Source of the DNA: an uncultured cyanobacterium
Lineage (GTDB): Bacteria > Cyanobacteriota > Cyanobacteriia > PCC-9006 > JAAUQQ01
Direction: 5' to 3'
Length of the DNA: 64,000 nt
Assembly: GCA_963718615.1 (NCBI GenBank)
Contig: OY970368.1
Location: 1,120,001-1,184,000, forward strand
The notes below the pieces were generated by a model, which worked only from the letters and a program-made list of their open reading frames with translations, was not told the DNA's origin and did no database searches. Made by a program: the position numbers and the translations under genes. Below, one piece after another: positions 31,417-42,169 of the stretch. Position 1 is the stretch's first letter. Every line of letters starts with the position of its first letter.

Positions 31417-32346
31417 CTAAACCTGCTCCCGCCTGGCCCAGATCAAAAATGCGTTAGCTTTTTCATAATTAGGACGTTCTGGCAAACGAGTTTGAGCAAA
31501 AGCCTGATCAAATTCAGTATGCAAACTCAACCGCCAAGCATTCACCTCCTGCCAAGGAACTTCATCCTGCTTAATTGCCAATAGATCCGCCCGGTAGTGC
31601 TCAATTCGCACCGGCACAAAGCCCTCTTTGAGCACCGTAATACCCGAGAGCAATAACCGGATCAAATGCATCGCATGTTTCCAACGAATGGTCCCCGTGT
31701 TACGCAAATCCTGCTCCATTTTCTTGAACTGAGACAACACATAGCTGTTATAGGTTTGATACACCAACTGGGATAGAAAGATCTCCCGCATCGACAGCAA
31801 TCGTTCCGCGATCGGCGTGCAGGTTTCTACCAGCGGTGAATACAACACTTCCAGCACATTAGGATTAGCCTTCAAGGCCAAGACCAAGTATTTCTGCAAC
31901 TCCCAATAGCATTCTTCATTGTCTTTGTTTTCGAGTTGCTCAGGCACCCCGTACAGCGACCATTGCAACTCCGCACTGGGCAAATAAATACCGCGACGAT
32001 CGATATCAGAAGCCTCTGTCTCCAACCCATAGGCCCTCGACCCCACCACGCAGCGATAAATAACGCTCTCAAAGAGGTTGTAATCCGCCAAAAAATCCTC
32101 AGCTGCAGCGGAACCAATGCCCTGAAAGTGCTTGCGAATGCTAAACTCATGTCGATGCAACCGTACAAGATGCCCTGTCGGTAAATTGATTTCATAGACA
32201 TGGGAATGATCCGTGGGTGCATGGGCGATCGCCCCCACCGCCCCCTTAAGACAAAGCAAATGGCCCGCACTATCCCGCTGCTCGATCCGGGTTACCACCT
32301 GAGTCCCCACGGGTAAAATGAGGTTGTACGCCGCAGTCATCGTCAT
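31417..32346 (-). CDS. PF10127/RlaP-like nucleotidyltransferase with extra N-terminal beta domain
   Basis: VGSRAYGL..SDIDRRG; ANPNVLEVLYSP; KHAMHLIRLL. Confidence 0.85.
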   Translation of the reverse strand: MTMTAAYNLILPVGTQVVTRIEQRDSAGHLLCLKGAVGAIAHAPTDHSHVYEINLPTGHLVRLHRHEFSIRKHFQGIGSAAAEDFLADYNLFESVIYRCVVGSRAYGLETEASDIDRRGIYLPSAELQWSLYGVPEQLENKDNEECYWELQKYLVLALKANPNVLEVLYSPLVETCTPIAERLLSMREIFLSQLVYQTYNSYVLSQFKKMEQDLRNTGTIRWKHAMHLIRLLLSGITVLKEGFVPVRIEHYRADLLAIKQDEVPWQEVNAWRLSLHTEFDQAFAQTRLPERPNYEKANAFLIWARREQV

Positions 32347-32429
32347 GGGTCACCTCCTCAGGCATTCAGGATTGGGCATTTTAGCCCCATGCATGTAGTA
32401 TTTGCATAGTATGCGTAATACAAAAGCAG

Positions 32430-33911
32430 ATGTCAAACCCCGATCCTGACTCGCGATCGCCCCGTCTCAAGCTACCCGCAATCACACAATGGACCTACGG
32501 CTTGGGCGAAATGGGTGTGGTTGCCCCAATTTCAGTTTCAATCTTCTTTTTGCTCTTTTTTCTAACCCAGGTTGTCGGTCTTCCCCCCGCACAGGCCGGT
32601 AGCATTCTTCTACTGGGTCGCCTTTGGGATGCCATCAATGACCCTCTGATCGGCAGTCTCAGCGATGCCACCCCTGCCTTGCCTCGCTGGGGTCGCCGCT
32701 ACCCCTGGCTGATTGCTAGCATCCTGCCCCTCAGCCTCACCTGTGCCCTGCAATGGTGGGTGCCGCCCTTGCACCAAACTTGGCCATTGCTCACCTACTA
32801 CGGCTGTCTTTCCATTCTCAGCTATAGCTTCTTCACAACGGTTCAAATTCCCTTCACAGCCCTAGCCGCAGAACTAGCCCAGACCTACGACGATCGCACT
32901 CGGCTCATGGGCTTTAAATCAGCCTTTAATCTCTTAGGCAGCATCGCTGGATTGCTATTAGCTCAAGCAATTTTTAGCCAAATTCAAGACCCCAAACAGC
33001 GATATCTAGCGTTGGGAATTGTATTAGGAATAGGAGTTCTGGTCGGCATGGCGATCGCCATCTGCGGTACCCTACCCCACTATCACCACATTCAACAACA
33101 GCAAAAGGTCACCAAACAAAAGCTTTTAGCACGATCGCAATCCTCTACCCCATCACCCCACTCCCCCCTCAAAACCCTCTTTCAAAACCGCCCCTTCCGC
33201 TGGCTCATCGGCCTTTATCTCTGCTCCTGGGTTGGCATACAAACTACCGCCGCAATTTTGCCCTACTTTGTGACCAGTTGGATGGGGTTGGCAGAACAAC
33301 AGTTTATTCAAATGGCGCTTTTGGTCCAGATTTCTTCCATTTTGGCCATGCCATTCTGGAGCTGGCTTGCCCAAAGAACCAATAAACGGCGGGTTTATCT
33401 TGTCGGGGCACCCATTGCAGTGCTGGGGCTCTTGGGGCTGTTCACAGTGCAGCCAGGGCAGATTGATTGGATGTATGGCTGGGGCTTGGTCGTCGGAATT
33501 GGCCTAGCAACCTTTTACCTCGTTCCCTTGGCAATGTTGCCGGATGTGATTGACCTAGATGCCTTTGAAGATCACCAGCGAAGATCACCAGGGGGAGGCA
33601 GCGGACAGCGGCGTGAGGGACTATTGACGAGCATCATGGTGTTCTTGCAGAAACTGGCGTTGGCGATCGCCCTTTTCCTCACAAGCACGCTGCTCGACTG
33701 GTCCGGATTGGCCACTGCCCCCGCCATTACCCAGAACACCGCCTCAAGCCTCGGACAGCCCGAATCAGCGCTATGGGCCATTCGCTGGATGATCGGGCCA
33801 TTGCCGGCGCTGATCATTGTCCTGGGGTGGGTTTGTGCTTGGTGTTATCCACTCACGCGGGAACAGCATCGGGCCATCACGATGACGAAATCATCGTCGC
33901 CGCATCCATGA
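32430..33911 (+). CDS. GPH-family (MelB-like) MFS transporter
   Basis: WDAINDPLIGSLSD, WGRRYPW, ~12 TM. Confidence 0.9.
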   Translation: MSNPDPDSRSPRLKLPAITQWTYGLGEMGVVAPISVSIFFLLFFLTQVVGLPPAQAGSILLLGRLWDAINDPLIGSLSDATPALPRWGRRYPWLIASILPLSLTCALQWWVPPLHQTWPLLTYYGCLSILSYSFFTTVQIPFTALAAELAQTYDDRTRLMGFKSAFNLLGSIAGLLLAQAIFSQIQDPKQRYLALGIVLGIGVLVGMAIAICGTLPHYHHIQQQQKVTKQKLLARSQSSTPSPHSPLKTLFQNRPFRWLIGLYLCSWVGIQTTAAILPYFVTSWMGLAEQQFIQMALLVQISSILAMPFWSWLAQRTNKRRVYLVGAPIAVLGLLGLFTVQPGQIDWMYGWGLVVGIGLATFYLVPLAMLPDVIDLDAFEDHQRRSPGGGSGQRREGLLTSIMVFLQKLALAIALFLTSTLLDWSGLATAPAITQNTASSLGQPESALWAIRWMIGPLPALIIVLGWVCAWCYPLTREQHRAITMTKSSSPHP

Positions 33912-36654
33912 CCGTGCCATTCAACTCCTGGACCTCGGACATTTGGACCTCGGACAATTTGCCTTTTTTAGACGACTTACGATGACCATTCTGAGGGGCA
34001 GGGCTGGATAGAGACAGGGGTTCGGCATCCTCTGGCAGGGGATTTCGAGCGGTGATGAGTGCGATCGCCCGAGTCACACTCTCTGGGAAAATCACCACCA
34101 GACCATTGTCCGGCGCATTGTTCAAAGCCCATTCGATTGCTTCCGTTTCATCCAGTTGAACCGTGTGGGCCGTCGGCTCAGCACCATCCGCAGTCTGAAG
34201 AATGCCCTGGACAATTAACGCCGCCGCATCTCCCCGAGGCCGTCCCCGATTATCGTCGTCTTCCTTAACGATGATCTGGTCGAAAATCGTGGCAGAAAGC
34301 GCGCCCAGTTCCATCAGGTCCTCATCTCGGCGATCGCCCGGTCCCCCCACAACCCCAATGGCCGGACCCGCCCAGTTTTGGACAAAGCCCCCCACCGCTT
34401 CATAGCCTGCGGGATTGTGAGCATAGTCCACCAAGGCATGGTATCGCCCCAGATTGAATAAATTCATTCGACCCGGTGTTTGCTGGGCCGAAGCGCGGAA
34501 ACTCCGCAAGGCCGCCCGAATCGCCTCCACCGGCACCCCTTGAACAAAGGCCGCCAAACTCGCCGCTAGGGCATTGGCAATCATAAAGGGAGCCCGTCCG
34601 CCCATCGTCAGAGGCACCTGCTTCGCCTTCTCAATGCGCAGAACCCAATCCTGCTGCAAAATCGAAAGGTTGCCCTTTTCATAGACCGCTGCGACGCCGC
34701 CTCGCTGGAGATGCGATCGCACAATCGGATTCTCCGGATCCATGGAGAAATAGGCCACTTTCCCGCGAACATGATCCGCCATGGCTGCAACTCGCTCATC
34801 GTCCGCATTGAGCACTGCGTAGCCGTTTGCCTGGACCGATTCCGCGACCACAGCCTTGAGCTTGGCCATTTCGTCAATGGTGTTGATATCGCCTAGCCCC
34901 AAATGGTCCGCTGCCACATTCAAGACAATGCCCACGTCACAATGGGGAAACGCTAGTCCTGAGCGCAGAATGCCGCCCCGTGCCGTTTCCAGCACCGCAA
35001 TGTCTACGGTTGGATCCTGGAGAATCACCTGGGCACTTTGGGGGCCAGTCGTATCCCCCTGCTCAACCAAATGCTCACCCAGATAAATCCCATCCGTCGT
35101 GGTAAACCCAACCGTTTCATAAACCTCCCGTAGGATATGGGCGGTTAGGCGAGTCGTCGTGGTTTTTCCATTGGTTCCCGTCACCGCCACAAGGGGAATA
35201 CGCGTTGGCGTTCCGGGGGGGAACAGCATGTCCAAAATCGGAGCCCCCACATTGCGGGGAAAGCCTTCACTGGGCGCAACGTGCATCCGCAACCCCGGTG
35301 CAGCATTGACTTCTACAATGACGCCATCGACTTCGCCCATGGGCTTAGAAATATCCGGGGTGACCACGTCAATCCCTGCAATATCCAGTCCAATAATGCG
35401 AGACACCCGTTCTGCAATCCAAACGGTTTCTGGATGGATTTCATCGGTGCGATCGATCGCCACCCCCCCCGTACTCAGATTCGCCGTTGCCCGCAGATAG
35501 GCAATTTCCCCCGGTTCTAACACCGTATCTAGGCTATAGCCCTGACGGCTGAGCAACTCATCGGTGGTGCGATCGAGCTGAATTTGGGTCAGGATATTGT
35601 CGTGGCCTTCCCCCCGGCGAGGGTCGCGGTTTTCGCGATTCACCAGCGCTTCAATCGTATCTTGGCCATTGCCCACCACATGGGCCGGTATGCGTTCGGC
35701 CACCGCGACGACTTTGTGGTTAACCACCAGAATTCGATGGTCTCGTCCCTGGTAAAAATGCTCCACAATCACGCCACTGGACACCTCGCGGGCTAGGTCA
35801 TAGGCGGCTTCCGCTTCTTCCCCGTTGCGAATATCAATGGTGATGCCTCGACCATGGTTCCCGTTGAGTGGCTTAACCACCACGGGATAGCCCCCGAGGC
35901 GATCGATTGCTTCCTCCAGTTCACTCAAATAGTAAACCACCGCCCCCCGAGGGACCGGCACGCCAGCATTGCCGAGAATCTGCTTCGTACTTTCCTTATC
36001 ACAGGCAAGCTCGACCCCCAAAACATTGCTGCGGCTGGTGAGGGAGGCTTGCACCCGCTGTTGATATTTGCCATAGCCAAATTGCAAAAGATTGCGAGTT
36101 TCTAGGGCGATCCAGGGAATGTCGCGGGCTTCCGCCTCGCGCACCAGGGCTTCGGTGCTCGGCCCTAGGGCCGCCGCCACCCGCAACTCCCTCAGGTCAT
36201 CTAAATCTTTTTCGAGCTCTGCTCGGGGATAGCTGCCGGTCTCCACCAGGCTTTGGCACAGGCGAAACGCGGCCCGCGCTGCATAGCGACCGGCTTCTTC
36301 TGTTTCGTACTGAAAAAGAACCTGATACACCCCAGGGGTTGAGGTTTCACGGGTGCGGCCAAAGCCGACGGGCATATCCGCCAGGGTCTGAAGCTCTAGG
36401 GCCACATGCTCTAGGATATGGCCCATCATCGTGCCTTCTCGGACCCGGCTCAGGAACCCCCCCCGGCAACCCGGTGAGCAAAAGTGTTCCTCTAGGCTCG
36501 GCAAGACGGCCACGAGTCCTTCATAGAATCCAGGCAAAGTATCAGACGGGCGATCGGCCAAGTCTTCCAAATCCAGGCGGACGAGGATGAGCTTGCCATA
36601 ACGAATGCTCCAATAATTGGGGCCGCGAAGGGTTTGGGTTTTGAGGATTTTCAT
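33877..36654 (-). CDS. cphA: Cyanophycin synthetase
   Basis: LRGPNYWS, ATP-grasp domain, Mur-ligase GTNGKTT, DYAHN. Confidence 0.97.
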   Translation of the reverse strand: MKILKTQTLRGPNYWSIRYGKLILVRLDLEDLADRPSDTLPGFYEGLVAVLPSLEEHFCSPGCRGGFLSRVREGTMMGHILEHVALELQTLADMPVGFGRTRETSTPGVYQVLFQYETEEAGRYAARAAFRLCQSLVETGSYPRAELEKDLDDLRELRVAAALGPSTEALVREAEARDIPWIALETRNLLQFGYGKYQQRVQASLTSRSNVLGVELACDKESTKQILGNAGVPVPRGAVVYYLSELEEAIDRLGGYPVVVKPLNGNHGRGITIDIRNGEEAEAAYDLAREVSSGVIVEHFYQGRDHRILVVNHKVVAVAERIPAHVVGNGQDTIEALVNRENRDPRRGEGHDNILTQIQLDRTTDELLSRQGYSLDTVLEPGEIAYLRATANLSTGGVAIDRTDEIHPETVWIAERVSRIIGLDIAGIDVVTPDISKPMGEVDGVIVEVNAAPGLRMHVAPSEGFPRNVGAPILDMLFPPGTPTRIPLVAVTGTNGKTTTTRLTAHILREVYETVGFTTTDGIYLGEHLVEQGDTTGPQSAQVILQDPTVDIAVLETARGGILRSGLAFPHCDVGIVLNVAADHLGLGDINTIDEMAKLKAVVAESVQANGYAVLNADDERVAAMADHVRGKVAYFSMDPENPIVRSHLQRGGVAAVYEKGNLSILQQDWVLRIEKAKQVPLTMGGRAPFMIANALAASLAAFVQGVPVEAIRAALRSFRASAQQTPGRMNLFNLGRYHALVDYAHNPAGYEAVGGFVQNWAGPAIGVVGGPGDRRDEDLMELGALSATIFDQIIVKEDDDNRGRPRGDAAALIVQGILQTADGAEPTAHTVQLDETEAIEWALNNAPDNGLVVIFPESVTRAIALITARNPLPEDAEPLSLSSPAPQNGHRKSSKKGKLSEVQMSEVQELNGTVMDAATMISSS

Positions 36655-36739
36655 AAGCGTTAAGGAGCGTTGGACAGGCTCCACATGAATTCAATGCAAC
36701 CTTGAGTTTTCAAAAGCATTCAAAAGCATTCAAAGCCCT

Positions 36740-37579
36740 TTAGAGGACTACACGATTGCGATAATCGTAGCGATCGCCCTGGCTGAGCACATGAATCCGG
36801 AGGTTATGCAAGCTCAGGGGAGCAGCCTCATCGACTTCAGCATGATTGGTACGGGTCAGTTGACCCGGATCGATCACGGTAATCGCTCCTTTGCCCAGCA
36901 CCTGAAAAGTGCCATTTCCATCCAGGGCTGCGCAGGTGTCTTCATCGATACCAATCCCAAGCTTGTCGGGCACAGCTGCGACTGCGCTCATCAAACGAGC
37001 CATACGGTTACGGTTGTGGAAATGCTGATCGACAACCAACTCAGGGATAATACCCAAACCCTCCGTTAGATCTACCAAGGATTTATTCGGGGATTCGCCG
37101 CTGCTTCCCCCAGCGATCATCGTCTCACCCATCATTGCGGCCCCAGCACTCGTACCAGCCAGGACCAGTTTGCCTAACTTGATTTTAGCCTGGATTATTT
37201 TAAGAAGCTCAGTTCCGCCAATGAGACTACACAGACGCAACTGATCACCTCCGGTGACAAAAACCCCGGTACAGTCGTTCAAGATATCCAACCAGCGAGC
37301 TTCATCACATTCGTTGCGGTAACGGATATCCAGGATTTGAACCTGTTGAGCTCCCATGCCTTGAAAAATTTGGTAGTAGCGATCGCCCACAATGCTGGGC
37401 TCCCGCGAAGCGCAGGGGATCACACCGATAACGGCACTGCTCCCTCCAGCACTTTCAAAAAAGGCGGTTAAGATATCGCACCCATTGACTTTATCCTCTG
37501 CCCCACCAATGACCATCACTGGGTACTGGGTCGAAATCGCCATAGACCTTTGAGCTAAACGAGATTCCAATTCCAGCAT
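36740..37579 (-). CDS. cphB: Cyanophycinase
   Basis: IGGAEDK, GTSAGA, DQHF; upstream of cphA. Confidence 0.96.
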   Translation of the reverse strand: MLELESRLAQRSMAISTQYPVMVIGGAEDKVNGCDILTAFFESAGGSSAVIGVIPCASREPSIVGDRYYQIFQGMGAQQVQILDIRYRNECDEARWLDILNDCTGVFVTGGDQLRLCSLIGGTELLKIIQAKIKLGKLVLAGTSAGAAMMGETMIAGGSSGESPNKSLVDLTEGLGIIPELVVDQHFHNRNRMARLMSAVAAVPDKLGIGIDEDTCAALDGNGTFQVLGKGAITVIDPGQLTRTNHAEVDEAAPLSLHNLRIHVLSQGDRYDYRNRVVL

Positions 37580-37786
37580 AGAAAACTATTCCCAGGATTT
37601 GATCAAAATTTAGGATTAAAGCCATGCAAAAGGCCGATAAGTTAGCGCCATGCAAAAATATGGCTTGGTAAAATGACCTTATCAAGAAGGTTTGGTGCAG
37701 TTTTGTATTGGATTTGACTTATCGAAGAGTTAATGCTGCATCTTAAGCCTATTTAAACCGGGTAAACCGGCTATCGAGTTGACAAG

Positions 37787-38449
37787 ATGAGCTTCAGCAG
37801 TATGCTCGCTTTATTTGGAGCCCTCTTGGTGCTGGCCGCGCTGCCGAGTTTGAGCGTCTTGACGGTGGTGGCGAGAACTACGGCGGCTGGCTTTTGGCAG
37901 GGGGCGGTTACGGCGCTGGGGATCGTTGTGGGAGATGTGGTGTTTATTTGGGTGGCGATCTACGGCTTGTCGGCGATCGCCACTACCCTAGGAGGGCTCT
38001 TTTTTCTCGTCAAGTATTTGGGGGCTGCCTATCTGATGGTTTTGGGGGTTGCCCTGTGGCGATCGAACAGTCGTTGCAGCCGGGGATCCAACCTAACTGA
38101 GCTGGAAACCAGGGATGCGGGGGGAGGGGGCCTAGACGTAAAAAGCTCGCGGTCTGTTTGGCTATCCAGTTTCCTCAGCGGGCTCTTGCTGACCCTGGGT
38201 GACCAAAAAGCAATTTTGTTTTATATGGGATTTTTCCCGGCTTTTCTGGATTTGACCCAGGTCTCGCTGCGGGAGGCCTGGGGGATTGTGGCGATCGCCA
38301 TCCTCGCGGTGGGGGGCGTCAAACTGGTCTATGCCTATCTCGCCAGCCAAGCCCGCTTGCTGTTCCAAAACCCCCGTGCAACCCAGGTGCTCAATCAAAT
38401 TGCGGGGAGCCTGATGATCGGCACAGGTATCTATTTGATAACCAAGTGA
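37787..38449 (+). CDS. LysE family translocator
   Basis: LysE TM pattern; KYLGAAYL. Confidence 0.88.
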   Translation: MSFSSMLALFGALLVLAALPSLSVLTVVARTTAAGFWQGAVTALGIVVGDVVFIWVAIYGLSAIATTLGGLFFLVKYLGAAYLMVLGVALWRSNSRCSRGSNLTELETRDAGGGGLDVKSSRSVWLSSFLSGLLLTLGDQKAILFYMGFFPAFLDLTQVSLREAWGIVAIAILAVGGVKLVYAYLASQARLLFQNPRATQVLNQIAGSLMIGTGIYLITK

Positions 38450-38489
38450 TGATTGTCAAGTCAACAAGGCGTCATTCCATTCACCCAGA

Positions 38490-39635
38490 TTGCTCAACCA
38501 AGAAGGCCAAGCTCAATTTGAAATCGGTTCTGCATTCTTTCGCCCCCAGGCTCAAACCGCCCGAGAATTAGGGCTGCTCGCCGCTGCGGTGCATCGGGCC
38601 GAAGTCGGACAATTGCGGGTTCTAGAAGCCATGGGCGGCTGTGGAATCCGGGCGGTGCGCTATGGCCTCGAAGCCCAAGCGGATTTTGTCTGGACGAATG
38701 ACGGCAACCCTGAGGTTCAATCCACCCTCGCCGCCAATCTCGCCCGCAATCTCCCCCCAGACCGCTATTGCCTCACCCAGGAGGAAGCTGCTCGTTTGTT
38801 AGCCCGCTGTTTTGTGGCAGAGGATTTTTATGACCTGGTGGATGTGGATGCCTTTGGCAATCCCTCGGCCTACTTTGCGCCCTGCATCAGCGCCACCAAG
38901 CTGGGCGGGCTGATTTATCTCACCGGTACCGATGGCCGCGCCTTGGCCGGTCATGCACCGGAAACCAGCCTCAGAGCCTACGGAGCCTATGCCCGCAGCC
39001 ACCCCAGCGCCCAAGAGCAAGGACTACGATTGCTAATCGGAGGACTATGGCAGGCGGCGGCAGCGAGGGGATTGGGCATTGCGCCGTTGTTTTCCTACTT
39101 TGGTATCCAGACCTACCGAGTCATGGTGCGGCTGTTGCCTAGGATGCGCGAAAGTTCTGCTCCGAGTTCCGTCTATGGTTTTTTGGGATACTGCCATCAT
39201 TGCGGTGAGTATCAGTGTTTGAATTGGCGTCAACTCAGCCGCGCCCTCTGCCCACACCATTCCCCTCCCCTCCCGCTGACCCTCAGCGGTCCCCTTTGGC
39301 TGGGTCCGCTGCACAGCCAGAGGTTTCTCGGACACATGAGCCAGCAGGCCCAGGACTGGCACTGGCCCCAGCATTTGCCCTTGCTCTCGCTCATGGCGGC
39401 GGAAGCCGAACTGCCGCCCTATTTTTTCCCCCTAGGTGAGATTGGGCGACGGGGTCAGATGGATCCGCCGGGGCGCGATCGCCTCCTCCACACCCTCCAG
39501 GCCCAAGGCTACGCCGCCAGTCCCACTCACCTCTGTGCCCAGGCGCTCAAAACCAACGCCAGTTTGCACCACTGTATTCAGACCAGCCGCCAGCTCAGTC
39601 TTCCGCTCAGGCAGGACCTAAATTCGCTATCCTAG
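38490..39635 (+). CDS. trm1: tRNA (guanine-N2)-dimethyltransferase, Trm1-like
   Basis: GCGIRAVRY, DVDAFG, CHHC, GPLWLGPLH, KTNA. Confidence 0.8.
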   Translation: MLNQEGQAQFEIGSAFFRPQAQTARELGLLAAAVHRAEVGQLRVLEAMGGCGIRAVRYGLEAQADFVWTNDGNPEVQSTLAANLARNLPPDRYCLTQEEAARLLARCFVAEDFYDLVDVDAFGNPSAYFAPCISATKLGGLIYLTGTDGRALAGHAPETSLRAYGAYARSHPSAQEQGLRLLIGGLWQAAAARGLGIAPLFSYFGIQTYRVMVRLLPRMRESSAPSSVYGFLGYCHHCGEYQCLNWRQLSRALCPHHSPPLPLTLSGPLWLGPLHSQRFLGHMSQQAQDWHWPQHLPLLSLMAAEAELPPYFFPLGEIGRRGQMDPPGRDRLLHTLQAQGYAASPTHLCAQALKTNASLHHCIQTSRQLSLPLRQDLNSLS

Positions 39636-39800
39636 GTCAAGATTTTTACCGGAGGAGAGGACCGGAACCTTGGAACCTATGATCGGGTCAAGAGAGCGGG
39701 TTAAGACTCCCTGTCCCAGGGTGGTCCAGACAACTTATATTCGACTGGCAGAGCATGATACCTTGAGTGATCAAGGCTGGCGTGGACCTAGGAGTGAAGA

Positions 39801-40535
39801 ATGTTCGCAAGCGTATTAGATTTACTAAGGCAAGGGGGAATCACGGTTTGGTTCCTGATTGGACTATCCGTATTGTCCTTGGCCACGATTATTGAACGGT
39901 CCTGGTTTTGGGTAAGTTTACTCACCAAGGAAAAAGAAATTATTAATCAGGTGATCAGCTCGATCGCCCGTCAAGATTGGGTCTCCGCCATGGAAATTGC
40001 GCGGCGGTCCACCAGCCGCCCCATTGGCCGGTTTCTCTATGCTCCGCTCAAGCTCGCGAACCCTGATCCAGAAGTCTTTCGCTTGGCCCTCGAAGCCTCC
40101 GCTGATGAAGAGCTAGTGGCCATGCGACGGGGCGACAAAATCCTGGAAGCGGTGATTGCGCTTTCGCCCCTGCTAGGGCTGCTGGGTACTGTCTTGGGTC
40201 TAATAAAATCCCTCGGTAATATTCGCCTGGGAGATTTGGGCACCTCCTCCACTGCGGGCGTATCCGTGGGGATTGGCCAAGCGCTGTTTAGTACGGCAGT
40301 GGGTCTGATTATTGCGATCGTTAGCCTTGCCTTCTACCGGCTCTTTCAGGGTCTAGTGTTTTACCAGGCCAAAATCCTACAGCGGGCAGGCAACGATTTG
40401 GAACTGCTCTATCGTCAAGCTTGGTCCCAAACCGGTGGCAATCTCTTACCTGGCGTGCTCAATCACCCTGCTGCCCAGGAAGCCAGCGTACCCGTAAAAG
40501 GGGGATTTACCAAGGCCAATGGTCCGAAGTCCTAA
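39801..40535 (+). CDS. exbB: MotA/TolQ/ExbB proton channel
   Basis: SPLLGLLGTVLG; ALFSTAVGL. Confidence 0.9.
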   Translation: MFASVLDLLRQGGITVWFLIGLSVLSLATIIERSWFWVSLLTKEKEIINQVISSIARQDWVSAMEIARRSTSRPIGRFLYAPLKLANPDPEVFRLALEASADEELVAMRRGDKILEAVIALSPLLGLLGTVLGLIKSLGNIRLGDLGTSSTAGVSVGIGQALFSTAVGLIIAIVSLAFYRLFQGLVFYQAKILQRAGNDLELLYRQAWSQTGGNLLPGVLNHPAAQEASVPVKGGFTKANGPKS

Positions 40536-40612
40536 TCCGATGTTCCAGTCGGCAGTCATAGCCCAGTCGGCATAGCCCAGTCGGCATTTATAGCATTGAG
40601 GCGATCGCATCC

Positions 40613-41179
40613 ATGAAATTGGATTTTGAGAACAAGACGGAGGACGTGCGGATTGAGCTGATTCCGCTGATTGACGTCATTTTTTGTATTTTGATTTTCT
40701 TTATTTTGGCGGCGCTACAGCTCACCCGTCAGCAGGCAATTAATGTAAACCTGCCGCAGTCTTCGACCTCGGCGCTGCAAAGCCAGCAAACCCTTGTGGT
40801 GAGCATCGACTCGATTGGTCAGGTCTATGTCGATCGCACCCCCGTTTCCGAGGACCAGCTCTATTTGCTCCTAGAGGGCTATCACCGCACGACCCCCCAG
40901 GGCTTGATGGTGCTCTATGCGGATCGCTCGGCTATCTACGACGATGTGGTGCGGGTGCTGGATTTGATGCGGTCTGTGGGGGGCGATCGCGTTGCCCTTG
41001 CAACCCAGCCCGGTCAAAGCGTTCCCAGCAACACCCTACCCGGCGCATTCCCTGGCCTACCCGGTGGTTCTCAGCCTCCGGCAACTCCCAATGACGGTAC
41101 TGCCATCCCGCCAACCGTGCCGGAACTTCCTGGCTTGCCCGGTCTAGAGCCCCCGCCTGACCCTGGGGTTCAACCCTAA
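40613..41179 (+). CDS. exbD: ExbD/TolR with Pro-rich tail
   Basis: IPLIDVIFCILIFF; ADR..YDDVVRVLD. Confidence 0.9.
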   Translation: MKLDFENKTEDVRIELIPLIDVIFCILIFFILAALQLTRQQAINVNLPQSSTSALQSQQTLVVSIDSIGQVYVDRTPVSEDQLYLLLEGYHRTTPQGLMVLYADRSAIYDDVVRVLDLMRSVGGDRVALATQPGQSVPSNTLPGAFPGLPGGSQPPATPNDGTAIPPTVPELPGLPGLEPPPDPGVQP

Positions 41180-42169
41180 AAACTGTTGCTTATCCATCAT
41201 GGCCATGATGGCGGGTAAATCGACGGAAATGCGATCGCGCAAACCCAACTGCTCCACTGCCGCCGAGAATGCCTGTCCCCGTGCCATACGGTAGCCAATT
41301 TCGGCAATTTCGGCCCAAGTGAGCGTACTTTCGAGATACCCCTTGGCGACGCGGGTGAGCAAAAACTCGGGCTGGGAATCGGTTTGTTGCGGCAGCATCC
41401 CGTGGGGGAGATCCGGTACGCCATTAAAGCTGAGATACCAGGTTTGAGGCTGATAGCGCAGGACACGTTTGAACAGCAGGCCGTGGTTTTGGGGGGCGAT
41501 CGCCCCATCGCTTGCGCTAGCAACTACAAACATCGATTGCAAGGGCTCAAACTGGGCCACCCGCACCACCTCTTCTCCCATTTCCAAAAAGAGCTGTAGG
41601 GCAGGCATGGCAAAGCCTCCATACCCTGGTAACTCCGGGGCTTCGCGGGGGCGTATCCATTCGTGGTAGCGGTTAATTTTGCGGGTGAATTGTTGGATGA
41701 CGCGATCGCTCTCTGCTAAATAGGGTGCAAGTAGGAGGGTTTTGGCGATCGCCCGAGGCTGGTCCAGCGTCAGCCAAGCGGCTAGGGTTGCTCCCCCCGC
41801 TAGCCCCCCGACCACCACCTGCTGCCCCAAGGTCTGAGCCTGTTGAAGCCAGTCCCGTGCAAAGGTTTGATAGGTTTGGGCCTCTGTTGGCAGGGGCGGC
41901 AGGCTGAACGGTCCCCAGTCTCCGGCAAGACCATGGTTGGGTAGGAGGGGGACTAAAACGTTGTAACCGGCGCGAAACAGCGCCTGGGCCAGGGCCAAAA
42001 ACTGGTAGGGGGCTGCGGTAAACCCATGAAATAACAGACAGACCTTAGGGGTGGGTTGGGGATGCAAAAACATAATAGGCCGACAGCGCGGATTGCGTAG
42101 CGGTGCTAGGTTGGCCTGCTGGGTGGCGGTTTGAATGAGGGCTTGGGTGACCTGGGCGTAGTCGGGCAT
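41144..42169 (-). CDS. Alpha/beta hydrolase fold protein (nucleophile position is Ala)
   Basis: LFHGFTAAP oxyanion motif; GLAGG at the nucleophile elbow. Confidence 0.75.
   Translation of the reverse strand: MPDYAQVTQALIQTATQQANLAPLRNPRCRPIMFLHPQPTPKVCLLFHGFTAAPYQFLALAQALFRAGYNVLVPLLPNHGLAGDWGPFSLPPLPTEAQTYQTFARDWLQQAQTLGQQVVVGGLAGGATLAAWLTLDQPRAIAKTLLLAPYLAESDRVIQQFTRKINRYHEWIRPREAPELPGYGGFAMPALQLFLEMGEEVVRVAQFEPLQSMFVVASASDGAIAPQNHGLLFKRVLRYQPQTWYLSFNGVPDLPHGMLPQQTDSQPEFLLTRVAKGYLESTLTWAEIAEIGYRMARGQAFSAAVEQLGLRDRISVDLPAIMAMMDKQQFLGLNPRVRRGL

Noticed and set aside
37580-37786. NtcA site upstream of cphB
   Set aside because: No GTA-N8-TAC match found by eye.
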